Below are positions 46,706-57,924 of a stretch of 64,000 nucleotides of DNA, piece after piece. Numbering within the stretch: the first letter of the stretch is position 1; the number at the start of each line of letters is the position of its first letter. The position numbers and the translations under genes are program-made. This stretch comes from Schizosaccharomyces osmophilus (taxonomy: Eukaryota): positions 1,364,001 through 1,428,000 of the forward strand of contig NC_079240.1 in assembly GCF_027921745.1 (NCBI RefSeq), given 5' to 3'. The notes under the pieces are model-generated. The model did not search any database and was not told the origin of the DNA. It worked only from the letters and a program-made list of their open reading frames with translations.

Positions 46706-47311
46706 GCGAAATTTTAATTCTATGAAATGTGCATTTTGCTTTGAGATTTTCTCTCTCTAATGGTTATAGTGCAGTGCAATGTATTATTAAATCTTAGACA
46801 GTAATGACCTTTACCTTGTATGAGACTCGTTGGGTCATTACTTTTCTTCTCGAACAGCTTTTCCGTTGTTAGTCGATTCCTTCTTTTTTGTACATTTTAT
46901 TATCCCAAAGTGGCCTAATCAATTAATCCTATCCTAGTCTTCTGTTTTATGGTTTTCGCGGGTGAGAGCATTGGTTTCTTACAAATCCCTTCTGAGCAAG
47001 GTTTGCGAAATCCTCTTGTTTTGTTTTGTCCTTATTATGTATTCATTGTGTTATCCGTTGAAGTGCATTAGGTTCTTCACTAAGTATATTATAAGAGTAA
47101 TATTTGTTGAAAAGCGCAACGCAAAAGAGACTAGTAGATCTCCTACAATTATAACCAACGTAAACAAACTATGCCAAAGTAAGGGCAAGTAAAATTGCCA
47201 TTGGGATTTCTTTGTTATAGATTGCTGTTTCGTTCCAATCTAATTGCTTACCAAACTTATATAGTAATTGCTTCCTTACGGCATTTTCAAAGAAAATGAA
47301 CAAAAAGTTAA

Positions 47312-47390
47312 TGAAAGGGGTGGGACTCGAACCCACGAGCTTTCGCACTAGTGCCTTAAACTAGCTCCATAACCACTCGGACACCCTTCC
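47312..47390 (-). tRNA. tRNA-Leu (anticodon AAG)
   Basis: GGAAGGG/CCTTTC acceptor stem, D-loop CGAGTGGTT, anticodon arm CTAGT-TTAAGGC-ACTAG, long variable arm, GGTTCGAGTCC B box, downstream T5 terminator. Confidence 0.95.
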
Positions 47391-47904
47391 GTTTGATGCT
47401 CCCATAGACAAACTGAAACTATTGAATATTTTTTGTGTCAGAGTAGTCGTAGCTTTTCTCACTGTTAATAAAAACAAAAAGCGGAACACTTTTAATAGAA
47501 TAAAAGAAAAGCTCTAGTAAACAGTCTGTCTGAACGTTTTCTTTAAAAGAATCTTTTTATGTACTACTATCGCCGAAAACACCAAAACCTCATGCAGTGT
47601 TCACGTCAATGAAACTTGTATCAAATTACTAGAGAAATGACATCAGCTTTGTTGTTGGTTCTATAAAAGCGACTCCGTTCCTTTGATTAGAACCATACCT
47701 AGGAAAAGCTTGGTTCCTTGATAATATAGAGGTTTTTATAGTTACTATTATTGCTAAACATTCGATAATCCTACTTTATACTTTCTTCGTCTAAATCACA
47801 AGTGTGAATTTTAATAAAACGTTTCTTTAGAAGACGATTAGCATTGTTGCAAAATCTTTTCTCTCTTATTCTATCTTTCCAACTATTGATTCTACTTTCG
47901 AAAA

Positions 47905-48747
47905 ATGCTGATTGCTGCTTTGGGTCCTAATATTCCATTTCCCGCCTATGGTGTGGGTACAGCCTTATATAAACGGGATCAATCCAAATTTCAAACGGAA
48001 ACTGTAGACTCAGTGAAAAAGGCCATCCAGAACGGATTTACTCACATCGACTGTGCCGAATTGTACGGAAACGAAGAAGAAGTCGGTGTTGCCCTCAAAG
48101 ATCTAAATATACCACGTGAGAAGCTTTTTATCACCTCGAAAGTTTCAAGCAGCGTTGAAGACATTTCAGCTGCCTTAAGCACTTCTCTCAAGAAGTTGGG
48201 ACTCAGCTATCTTGATCTTTTCTTGATTCATGCCCCTAAGTATCTTAATGAGAAAAATATTCCCTTCTCAAAGGGCTGGGAAGCAATGGAAACTGAACTC
48301 GGCCAAGGTCGAGTTCACGCTATCGGTGTGTCAAATTTCTACGTAGAGGATTTGGAAAAAATCATGGAGACAGCCAAAATTCCCCCACGCGTCGACCAAA
48401 TCGAATTCCATCCTCAGGTTTTCGTCCGCTCAAAGTCTCTCCTCGATTACTGTAAAAGCAAACATATTATCGTCGAAGGCTACAGTTCACTTCGTCCCCT
48501 CACAAGGGAACCTGAAGGTACTGTTAGCAAACTTGCCAAATCCCTTGCCAATAAGTACAATGTTTCTGATTCTTTGATATTGTTAGCTTGGTCCAATGCC
48601 CAAGGTGTTTCTCCTGTTACTACTACCAGCAAAGTAGAACGCATGAAGCACTATTTGACTTACAAGACCGTGAAGCTCGAACAAGCAGACATCGATGCTA
48701 TCACCAAAGCTGGAGAAGAATCTAGCAGACCGTTACATTTCTATTAA
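47905..48747 (+). CDS. Aldo-keto reductase (AKR3C-like, SPAC19G12.09-like)
   Basis: GVGT, HIDCAELYGNE, LFITSK, LDLFLIH, AIGVSNF, QIEFHP. Confidence 0.92.
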   Translation: MLIAALGPNIPFPAYGVGTALYKRDQSKFQTETVDSVKKAIQNGFTHIDCAELYGNEEEVGVALKDLNIPREKLFITSKVSSSVEDISAALSTSLKKLGLSYLDLFLIHAPKYLNEKNIPFSKGWEAMETELGQGRVHAIGVSNFYVEDLEKIMETAKIPPRVDQIEFHPQVFVRSKSLLDYCKSKHIIVEGYSSLRPLTREPEGTVSKLAKSLANKYNVSDSLILLAWSNAQGVSPVTTTSKVERMKHYLTYKTVKLEQADIDAITKAGEESSRPLHFY

Positions 48748-49148
48748 ATAGTTGGTTCTTTGCTGTTTTTTATTTGCTATGATTTTTACTTTTTTGATTC
48801 TTTGATGCTTATTCCATATCTCACTTTCTATCGTACATGAATGAAATGAATCATATAATGCCCTTTCTTTTTTAAAACATCGTCGATCGCTTCTGTTAGC
48901 GTAACAAGTATTAGTTCTTTTCATTTTAATATACTATTTTACCTACATCAATATTCTGTTCTTTTATAGGCTTGATTTCTAGCTTAAGAAAATGAACAAG
49001 ATTATAAAGCGATGAGCAAAAGCAAGTATTATTCATTAAAGGTAACTAGAAAAACTACAAACATTAAAGCAAAAGTAAACAATCATCACGAGCATTTCGG
49101 AAAAAAAACAGATGATTATTGAATTGTAAAGCATAACACATATCAGAC

Positions 49149-51515
49149 TTAAGCAGAAAATTGAAGCTGTCCATCTAACCATTGGTTCAACATCTCGAGA
49201 CTAGCTTCAGGCTGATTGAAAGGCACCATGTGGCCAGCTTCGTAAATGCGAAGGTAAGAAAAGTTCTTATAGGTCTTACCACGGCCAGCTTCAGATCCAG
49301 CAGGACTCCAGGGAGCCAAGTTTGCCTCATAGAATTCTCTGTGTCCACTCCACTCCAAAGCATCAGCCCAGGCTTCGTTGCCCATATAATTGCAAATGAA
49401 GTCAGCATCACCAGCATAAATAAGGACAGGTAGACCAGTTTCCAAGATCGCAGTAACATCATCACGGAATGTCTTGCGCATCCAATCACCCTTGAATAAG
49501 AATCCAATGTTAACTTCTGTACTGCAACCCTTGAAACCTTGTTCAACACCAAGAGCTTCAATAACTTCTTCCTGGTTCAGGTACTTTTCGATAGCACCGG
49601 TTTCAGAGTAGCACATGTTTTCGGGGTCACGGCATTCTTCACGGATGTCATAGACGTTCAAACCAGTTTGTTGGAAAGGACCCATCATGGCATTGTTGCA
49701 GTAAAGAGAAGCACCGATGCAGATGGGAGTGAAACCAGTTTGATAGCAAACACTGATCAACTTCGAGCAAGTACCGTATGCATCAGTCATACGGTCGCAT
49801 TGCTCCTGAGGCAAAATAGGGCCGTATGGGTTCTCGCAAGCCATTTTTCCGTAATAATAGTATTGAACAAGAGGATCAGTAAGACCATTGCCAATAGCAA
49901 CGCCCTTCAAGTTTATGTAAGACTTTTGGTATTCATAACCGGTAGCAACAAAATCGTTAGCACCTTGGTTGTGTTCAATAATTTCTTTGGCAAATTGAGG
50001 AATGTAATGACCAGCATAAGATTCACCAGTGATATGGAATGGAAGATGAGCATATTGAGGGAACTTGGCAAAGAACAAGGTTAAGAAAGCATATACATCC
50101 TTACCCGCAGTAATGGTGTCAAGGACAGAACCATCACCATTGCTAAAGCCGGCACCAATAGGTTGATCAAGGAAAATAACGGAAGCATTAGAGTTCCAAC
50201 TATGAGGATTATATTCGGGTTTGAGTGTTTCCATATTGATGTGAGAAGGTCCCAATTCCATAAACAAACCAGTCATGGAAGAGCAGCCTGGGCCACCGTT
50301 CAACCATAAAACCACGGGATCGTTCACAGGATCGTTGCGAGATTCAAAGAACCAAAAGAAAAGATGTCTGTCATCATCAACATCAAGATAACCAGTTTCT
50401 TGCTTAACAGAGTCGATACCAAGGGACTCTGGAGTTGAATTCTTGATACGTAACGTATGATTTGGGAAAGCCTTCATATTAACGTGTTCACCGTTTTCTT
50501 GCTTGGCAAAATAAACACCTTCCTTGTCCTTACTTCCCTTTGGATAATCAAGCATGGAAGGAGAATGCTGGAATGCAGTCTCGGGGTCGATGTCAGCAGC
50601 CTTAAGCATTTCGAGGTAAGCAAATTGCTCAGGGGTAAGACTGTTCAAATCCCAAATACCCTCTTCCTTGAAGGAAGACTTCTTTTGTTCGTCGGACGCA
50701 TCTCTTGCAATGTGAACGGGCATGTTGCCAAAATATTCAATGTCAAGGGCTTCTAAGAAGCTGGCAAACTCCTCAGCGATGTTATCAGCATTGCCAACTT
50801 GCATAAGCTCAACAAAGGCTTCTAAGATGAGGATATCGCGTTGTGTGCCATCGAATTCACTATCCTCCATTTTCGGATCCTTCTTCTCCTCTTTGGATTT
50901 GTGGTGCTTCATTTTATCATTCTTGGTCTTCTTAGGAGGGGGGGCAGGGAACTCTTCGTCCACATCAGACTCTTTATGATGGCCCATCTTCTTCTTATGA
51001 AGAGGTTTCTTATGCTTCCTCTTGTGATCACGATCCTTTGGCTTTTCTTCAGGATATTTTGAGAAGAAAGCACCATCATCCTCTCCCTTCATCGGTTTCT
51101 CGTTAGAATCCAAGTCATTAGCTTTGCGGCCTTTGCAGGGGCAATGTTTTTTCTTGTCTTCCATGTCTTTATGTTTGGGAGAATCAAACGTCTGATCAAT
51201 CTCGTCTTCGACATTTTCGAACATTTCGTCGACGCGTTCACCCACGTTCTGAATGAAGTCCCAAGCTGGGCGGAGCATATTTCCCATCTTATCCTTTACC
51301 GAAGGACGGTTGTTTTCTTCTGTAGAAGGGACATGAACAGGATTTAAGTAAACTCCATTCTCTGGTCTAACAACTTCAGGAGCATGAGTTTCTCCAATCT
51401 TGTCATCGACAACTGCGAAGTCTCCACCAGCTTGCTCATTATCGATTTTACCCATAAACTGAGCAGAAGCTGCCCAGGTAAGTAAAAAATAGAGGAAAGA
51501 TTGTTGAAGTTGCAT
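49149..51515 (-). CDS. cpy1: Vacuolar carboxypeptidase Y precursor with long propeptide
   Basis: Signal peptide; WLNGGPGCSS, GESYAGHY, GDADFICN, EAGHMVP catalytic motifs. Confidence 0.95.
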   Translation of the reverse strand: MQLQQSFLYFLLTWAASAQFMGKIDNEQAGGDFAVVDDKIGETHAPEVVRPENGVYLNPVHVPSTEENNRPSVKDKMGNMLRPAWDFIQNVGERVDEMFENVEDEIDQTFDSPKHKDMEDKKKHCPCKGRKANDLDSNEKPMKGEDDGAFFSKYPEEKPKDRDHKRKHKKPLHKKKMGHHKESDVDEEFPAPPPKKTKNDKMKHHKSKEEKKDPKMEDSEFDGTQRDILILEAFVELMQVGNADNIAEEFASFLEALDIEYFGNMPVHIARDASDEQKKSSFKEEGIWDLNSLTPEQFAYLEMLKAADIDPETAFQHSPSMLDYPKGSKDKEGVYFAKQENGEHVNMKAFPNHTLRIKNSTPESLGIDSVKQETGYLDVDDDRHLFFWFFESRNDPVNDPVVLWLNGGPGCSSMTGLFMELGPSHINMETLKPEYNPHSWNSNASVIFLDQPIGAGFSNGDGSVLDTITAGKDVYAFLTLFFAKFPQYAHLPFHITGESYAGHYIPQFAKEIIEHNQGANDFVATGYEYQKSYINLKGVAIGNGLTDPLVQYYYYGKMACENPYGPILPQEQCDRMTDAYGTCSKLISVCYQTGFTPICIGASLYCNNAMMGPFQQTGLNVYDIREECRDPENMCYSETGAIEKYLNQEEVIEALGVEQGFKGCSTEVNIGFLFKGDWMRKTFRDDVTAILETGLPVLIYAGDADFICNYMGNEAWADALEWSGHREFYEANLAPWSPAGSEAGRGKTYKNFSYLRIYEAGHMVPFNQPEASLEMLNQWLDGQLQFSA

Positions 51516-52339
51516 GGTCGTAAATTTGATAAATATAAATCAGAATAGCGAAAAAATAGAATAAAATAGAAAAAGAATGTATTTAAACGCAGTGTTATCT
51601 TGGGGTTTCAAAAACCACCAATTGAAGCTTAAAAAGAAAGCAGACAGAGAACTTAGCGATGGAACTCAAAAAACTCCTTTTTAAATCAAGATGTAAAACC
51701 TAGCTAACAGACCGTTTGCTTACTTGGTGAATGGTAAAAGGTAAGTGTATCAGACCCGGCCAGGAGGTTCTAAGCTCGATAAGCCTTTATGACGCAAATA
51801 GTATTCAAGTAAGTATCATCATGCCATGATTGACACCTGCGTTAATGTACACAAACCTAGAATAGTGCAGTTTTAACAGTTACCTTAAAATATAAAAGAT
51901 CACAGAAGTTAACAGGTAAACAGAGAAAATCGTAAAAATGGTAAATTACTTATTCGTAGAGCATTGAGAGTCTTGCTATCATAAAAAAGTACATTATTGT
52001 CTCTATACCTATTTACTCTTAGTGATTACTAAAGAAAACTTCATGAAAAGAGAATGATCTTACGATAGTCAGCGATCATTCTTACGAAACCTGCTTTACT
52101 CGTCAATCCTCATAAAAACGAACAGAAGAAGAAAAAATAATATTTACTCATCCACACAAAAACAATCAAGTGCAGATTGCAAGATCCTAGGCCCTTTTGA
52201 ACTCTGCTTTTCGGAACAAGAGTTACAAAAAATATTATAACAACAATGGAATATGACAAACAATGACTCTCAGTAAATAAAAGAAAATAATAGGATATTA
52301 GTAGCCAAAATCAAACTCAAGAGAACCAAATCAACATTT

Positions 52340-53005
52340 TTAAACGATAGGCTTGTTTGCCTTCATGTATTCTTGGGCTTGAAACAATAACCATTGCTTA
52401 TCATGAGGAACTAGTATGTGTCAGCAAATCCGAAGAGAATAAATACTAAAGCTTCACTTACTATAAGCACGAAAATGACGGTCATATACCAACGGCACGC
52501 AATCGTAAATCTCGTCAAAGAATGCATAGAAACTGGAGATATTCATTAATTCTTGGTTTGGATGTTCTAAAGATATTTGACGTTAGCCTTGTACAATATT
52601 TATCACATTTCTGATAGAGAGGAGGTTACCTTGACCAGTGGAATAGACACCAATTATATCTAAAAATGCGTTAGCATAAGTAAAAAAGAAAAGAGCCACT
52701 AGTCTTTTGGTTCATCTGTTTACATACATTCAATGGCCGATCGTACACTGCAATGGTCACTCCAAATTCGAGTTTTGGGATCAGACTATACCCAATTGAA
52801 ATGTTAGTGATATTTGTACAGAATGGGTGTAAAAAAGGAAAAGATTATTCACATTACACTTTGCTGGATCAATAAGATGCTAGTAGAATAGCGTTAGTAC
52901 ACGTCTGAATTATGCTTTTAGTGCTCTTTTACAAGTAATCCATCAACAATTTAGTTTGAAAGAAAAGTAAACATACATATGTATCTCAGACGGAGGAGGA
53001 GTCAT
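52340..53005 (-). CDS. erh1: Enhancer of rudimentary homolog Erh1, 104 aa; exons 53005-52977, 52879-52858, 52785-52728, 52659-52630, 52566-52462, 52410-52340
   Basis: Manual splicing gives MTPPPSEIHIILLIQQSSDPKTRIWSDHCSVRSAIEYIIGVY...FFDEIYDCVPLVYDRHFRAYIPHDKQWLL...; all five introns are GT..CTRAC..TAG. Confidence 0.93.
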
Positions 53006-53397
53006 AGTGCTGTACTAGAAGCGGTAAAGGAAAGAGGAGCGATGGAACGGATTATCAGACCTTGCTAATTGATGTCTGCGAAGAGAGAAATTTAGGAACG
53101 TTTACTGTTTTTAACAAGAAAAAAGGAAATGAATGCTTCTAATTTGCAGTTCTTGGACAGTAACCCAAGTGTAAGTCTATAAGTAACTGTTTTGTAGAGT
53201 CACTGAGGAAAGTGTATAGTGCGATCCTCCAGATTTGCCCTTGTCCTTTGCACCATCCCAATTTCTCCAGGATAGAAGAAGAATATTTTTAAATTATTTC
53301 TTTTTCTTTAATCAGATATCGTATCACCATATCCTCTATAAAGATACTGTAATTTTGTGTCACCGTTAGATCCTAAGCGTATTCGCATTCTTTCGTA

Positions 53398-54141
53398 ATG
53401 TTTGCTTTCAGAGGAGTTCAAAGAATCTCGCAGTTACCCAATTCTTTATCTTATGCTCTTCCACTTAGGATCGCTAAGCGTTCTTACCAAAGTGCTACCT
53501 TTGAAACTCGTCCCCCAATTTCCGGTAAGAAAGCTCAAATCTTGAAGCATGCTTTGGAACATGTCCCTCAACTTGGCTTCTCTGAAGAAGCAATTAAAAT
53601 GGGTGGTCGCTCGCTTGGATACAGCAATCTTCCTACGGCTCTTTTTCCCTCAGGTTCTATGAACCTCATTTCATATTTCTTATTGCAACACCGTTATGCT
53701 TTAAGAGAACAGAAAACTCATCTAACCCTCATGCAAACTACTACGGAAAAAGTAACTCATTTAATATGGTCTCGTCTCCAAGCAAACCGTGATGTTATTG
53801 AGCACTTACCACAGATGATTGCAACGTGTGTAGCCCCTTCCAATCTTCCTTCATCTGTCATGTCCTTAGCGAATCTTTCAGACGAAATACTTTACCTTGC
53901 TCAAGATAAATCTGCTGACTTCCACTGGTACACAAAGCGTGCTGTCGTGTCAGCCATCTACAGTGCCTCCGAACTATTCATGACGAAAGATAACTCACCC
54001 AATTTCCAAGCTACTTATGATTTTGTCCAGCACAGAGTTCAACATGCCAAGGCCTTGAATAATCTCCAGGAAGATATTTTGGAATGGGGTTCCTTCCAAT
54101 TGAACGCCATTCGATCAATTATTCGTTCTCGGGGTATTTGA
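53398..54141 (+). CDS. coq9: Ubiquinone biosynthesis protein Coq9
   Basis: ALEHVPQLGFS, LSDEILYLAQDKSADFHWYTKRA, SELFM; mitochondrial presequence. Confidence 0.92.
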   Translation: MFAFRGVQRISQLPNSLSYALPLRIAKRSYQSATFETRPPISGKKAQILKHALEHVPQLGFSEEAIKMGGRSLGYSNLPTALFPSGSMNLISYFLLQHRYALREQKTHLTLMQTTTEKVTHLIWSRLQANRDVIEHLPQMIATCVAPSNLPSSVMSLANLSDEILYLAQDKSADFHWYTKRAVVSAIYSASELFMTKDNSPNFQATYDFVQHRVQHAKALNNLQEDILEWGSFQLNAIRSIIRSRGI

Positions 54142-54652
54142 TTTAGATCTTATTACGATGTTACTTGTTCGACTAAGCTTCATAGTATTTTGAAAGTGTT
54201 TAAAAAATAAAAATGACTGATTAATGGTAAACTTATCTGTGTGATTCTATTTCTATGGTAGAAGAAACAAGAGTAGCTAATATATTCACAAGAGTCCTCC
54301 TCTCCAAATCAAATCCTTCTTTTCAAGCAAAGGTAACCCTATTGAAATGCAAACCACTTCAAAGATTTTTGTAATTCCGCCCAAGCTTACTTCCCATCCT
54401 ATTCCCTTCGCTATTTGCAGTTGTACTTTGAGGTAACGGTTACTTTAGTACAACAATAATGACTTGAATGCATAGAAAACCAATTTCATTTAGAAGGTGA
54501 TAAGCAGTTGAATATTTTCTTTTTGGTTTTCATTTTGTAGGCACTTAATCACACTCAAAGATCTATATCCCCTGCTACGGCTCTGATCCGTTTTGAAGGC
54601 ATTGTCATTTGTCTTAATAGGACAGCAATTCTAATATTAAGTTTTCGTCGAT

Positions 54653-55537
54653 ATGAAATTACCGCTGCATATAATACGAAACCCTTTTTTAATATCCTCT
54701 TATTTCTCTGCGAACAAGAGCGGTTCTTGGGCGTCCGTTCTACTAAAGGCTGTCGGTGTACTTTCACGAGATTCCAGATGGCATGCAGATCTTCTTAATG
54801 TTTTAACAGAGGAGATGGGATCTTTAAACAAGCAACTTAATGCTTGGACGGGAAATAATCCGCTACTGGATCGAATTACTGAACCATACAAACGTTCAAA
54901 CACCCAGTTTTTTCATCCGCTTTTAGTTTTATTGATGTCACGAGCTTCACGAATGGAAGGAAATACAAGCCAACAAATGTTTCAGAGATACAAGCAGTTG
55001 TCACGTGTTACAGAACTCATTCACGCCGCTAATCTTATCCATATCAATATCCGAGAAGACCAAAGCACTGAAGAGCTTAAACTGGCAACATTGGTTGGCG
55101 ATTATTTATTAGGAAAAGCTTCTGTTGATTTATCTCATCTAGAAAGTAATGCCGTTACAGAATTAATGGCCTCTGCTATTGCAAACTTAGTGGAAGGACA
55201 TTTCATGAAATCAAGATCTCTCGCAGATGCCCAAGCTAATGAACGGATGCTTTTACTTCAGTCTGCATTTCTTCCGGCAAAGGCCTGCTTATCCGCTAGC
55301 ATTTTAAATAATGCCTCAACACATATAAATAAAGCATGTTTTACCTATGGAAGGTTCTTGGGTTTGTCTATGCACGTAGCACATGAAGATATCCCTGAGA
55401 AGATGGAGCAAAAGACGAAGAAAATGGATTTACTAAACGATTATCGAAAAAATGCAAAAGATGCATTAACTGTCTTCCCAGATGTGGAAGCTAAGCAAGC
55501 ATTAATTGAGATTGCTGACAGAGTATCAATTGCATAA
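54653..55537 (+). CDS. dlp1: Decaprenyl diphosphate synthase non-catalytic subunit Dlp1
   Basis: TELIHAANLIH and LVGDYLLGKAS prenyltransferase motifs with DDxxD motifs missing. Confidence 0.9.
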   Translation: MKLPLHIIRNPFLISSYFSANKSGSWASVLLKAVGVLSRDSRWHADLLNVLTEEMGSLNKQLNAWTGNNPLLDRITEPYKRSNTQFFHPLLVLLMSRASRMEGNTSQQMFQRYKQLSRVTELIHAANLIHINIREDQSTEELKLATLVGDYLLGKASVDLSHLESNAVTELMASAIANLVEGHFMKSRSLADAQANERMLLLQSAFLPAKACLSASILNNASTHINKACFTYGRFLGLSMHVAHEDIPEKMEQKTKKMDLLNDYRKNAKDALTVFPDVEAKQALIEIADRVSIA

Positions 55538-55692
55538 AAATTTCTCCAGAAATATACTATCAATGGTTTCAAATTTTAATCATGGATGATAAAGACGATC
55601 GTTGTCCAAAAAAATTTCTTTAATCCAAGGTTTTTTTGCCTGCAAAGAAAAACAGTTATTCAAGCATTAAAGAATGATAGAAATTCTGATTG

Positions 55693-56476
55693 TTAAAAAT
55701 TGTAACCGTGAAATAACTCTAATTCTAGTTTGGTACACAGCAGATAACGTCCAAGGATGCTATGAATATTGACCCATGGCATTTCGGATTGGAAGTGATG
55801 GATTTTTTTGATCCTTTTTTTCTCATCTATGGATGCAATCTTTTCTAATACCTTCTTTTCGGACGGGCTGTCCGTGTACCATATGTCAAGAAAATCTGAT
55901 AGTGTTGCAAAATCGACATGCCTTTGTTCTAATAGGTGAAATGTCATCTAATATCATGTTAATTTCTTTTTCTTATCTTTTCCATACCCAACGTAAAACC
56001 CCTGTCTTGGCCACAGCATATAGTCTGATAGCCTCAAGATTTAAATTGCATTCTTGGGCAAAACGCTCATCATTCCTGTCAGTAGATGAAGTCGATGAGC
56101 GAAAGCATTCCATTCTCTCCTTTTCGATGCACGATAATCTGTTTAGAGATCTACTTATGAGGTCTGTATCCCAAAGTATAGCGCGCGAAAGTGTCAAGTT
56201 TGGATCGTCATTTATGGGTGGATTCGTGTTTACTCCTAAAGCAAAACAATGATCAATGAAGGCCATGTTCATAAACAATGGCACTGGTACATGGTTCAAA
56301 GACTCGCAGGTTCCCAAACTCTCTAAACAAGCTTTCTTGTTAATTTTCTAAGTCATCTGAACATTGTTACCTTGTACGATCGCTGCATTCTCACTGGTCT
56401 CTTGAAAATGGTTTTCAGAAAGAAAAAAGGCCTCCAATGATTTTAAGGTAGCTTTTATTTGAGTATGGTGTTGCAT
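55693..56476 (-). CDS. poz1: Shelterin subunit Poz1; exons 56476-56371, 56331-55988, 55947-55693
   Basis: Spliced product MQHHTQIKATLKSLEAFFLSENH...ACLESLG...FMNMAFIDHCF...LYAVAKTGVLRW-MTFHLLEQ...MPW...CTKLELE resembles S. pombe Poz1; syntenic position. Confidence 0.85.
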
Positions 56477-57924
56477 GACTCAATTCTCGATCTTTGCGTC
56501 TATAAAATCCCTAGTAAATTAATTCCTCTTGTTTTTTCTTCTTACGTTTCAAATTCAAGCTAAAGGATAAATACCAACTTTCTCTTTAACCAAAAAGCAT
56601 TTCTTTCCACATATGGGTTTTCCTGTACGAGAACCGTTTCCATGGGGTTGATTCTTAATGAGCAAAAGCATGAATTCTACAAAGATGAACGAAACCTTAA
56701 AAATGATGGTTCTACAAAAGAATAAACAACACTCGTTACTACTATTTAGAAGCAATGTCTGCAGCATTCCTGTTTACAGGATATTGTTCTCGGATTTGGT
56801 AGTTGAAGAGCAAGTGGTAAATTGAACACGGTTTTTGCTTCAAATTCTTCTAGTTCTCTGCTTAAGGAATTTTACTTAAAAAATACTCTTCTATTCCATT
56901 TAACATGTATCGAGATGGCTTTTGTATTTGTTTACTTTTTACCGAATCGTACCACATTCCATCCTAGGGTAGAGGAATTCACTAGTAAACAATATAGAAA
57001 AGTTTACGCATGTATGAAAATTCGCTTTTTGTCCGGGCTTTCCTCTTATAATAGTAGTTTATTGCTAGTCTATTTTTATTTCTCATGTGAATGGTTTTAA
57101 AGGATCACATCTCTGAATAGACGCATAATTTCAAGAGAAATATATTTCCAGGAATGCAATGAGAATTTTAAAGATTGCTTATGAAAAGAAATCATTTCAA
57201 GGGAATCAACATCAACATAGCTGAACATCTTTTTCCTCTTCACCTTTTAATTTTAGAAACAATGAAGGTTTTTTCATCTGATTTTTCTAATAAATATGGT
57301 ACTACGATTAAGAAAGGGACATCTTAGCCTTTACAAAGTAGAAGTCTATCTTAATATAAATGTTTACATATTTTTTCTGAATAAAAACGATTAGTTTTGG
57401 ACTACAAAGACCCAATCATCCATTTCATCCAGGTTTGTTTACATTAAACATAAACAAGCGCTTGACAAATCAAATTTGGTCCAAAAAGCGTCTCAGGCTG
57501 TTTACTTTCGTGTTTTTCAGAATTGTTTTCTATATAAATCTCTTTCTTTATTCTTCAAAGATTTTTTTATTTATGAGTAAGAAACCCAGGAATTGTCATC
57601 TCGGTGTTTTCGGAGAATTACTGTAATTGAACCCATTGATACTCACATAGAGAACACCACACTGTAAGCATCATAGGAAAGGTAGAAAAACCGCTGGAAA
57701 CAGCAGAAATCCGGTTTTTAATTTATTTATTAGAGAATCCCATTTCAAAAATAAATCACCTAAAAGGGTTTTTACGTTACTGGCAAACGAAAAAACGAAT
57801 TGGAACCTTTGGAAAGGGGGAAGCGAACACACCGCAAGAAACGGGCTATATTTGTGAGAAAATTGGGTTAACAACTTTTGTTAAAATCAATAATTTGGTT
57901 TATTTATGTTTCACAGAAATCCTG

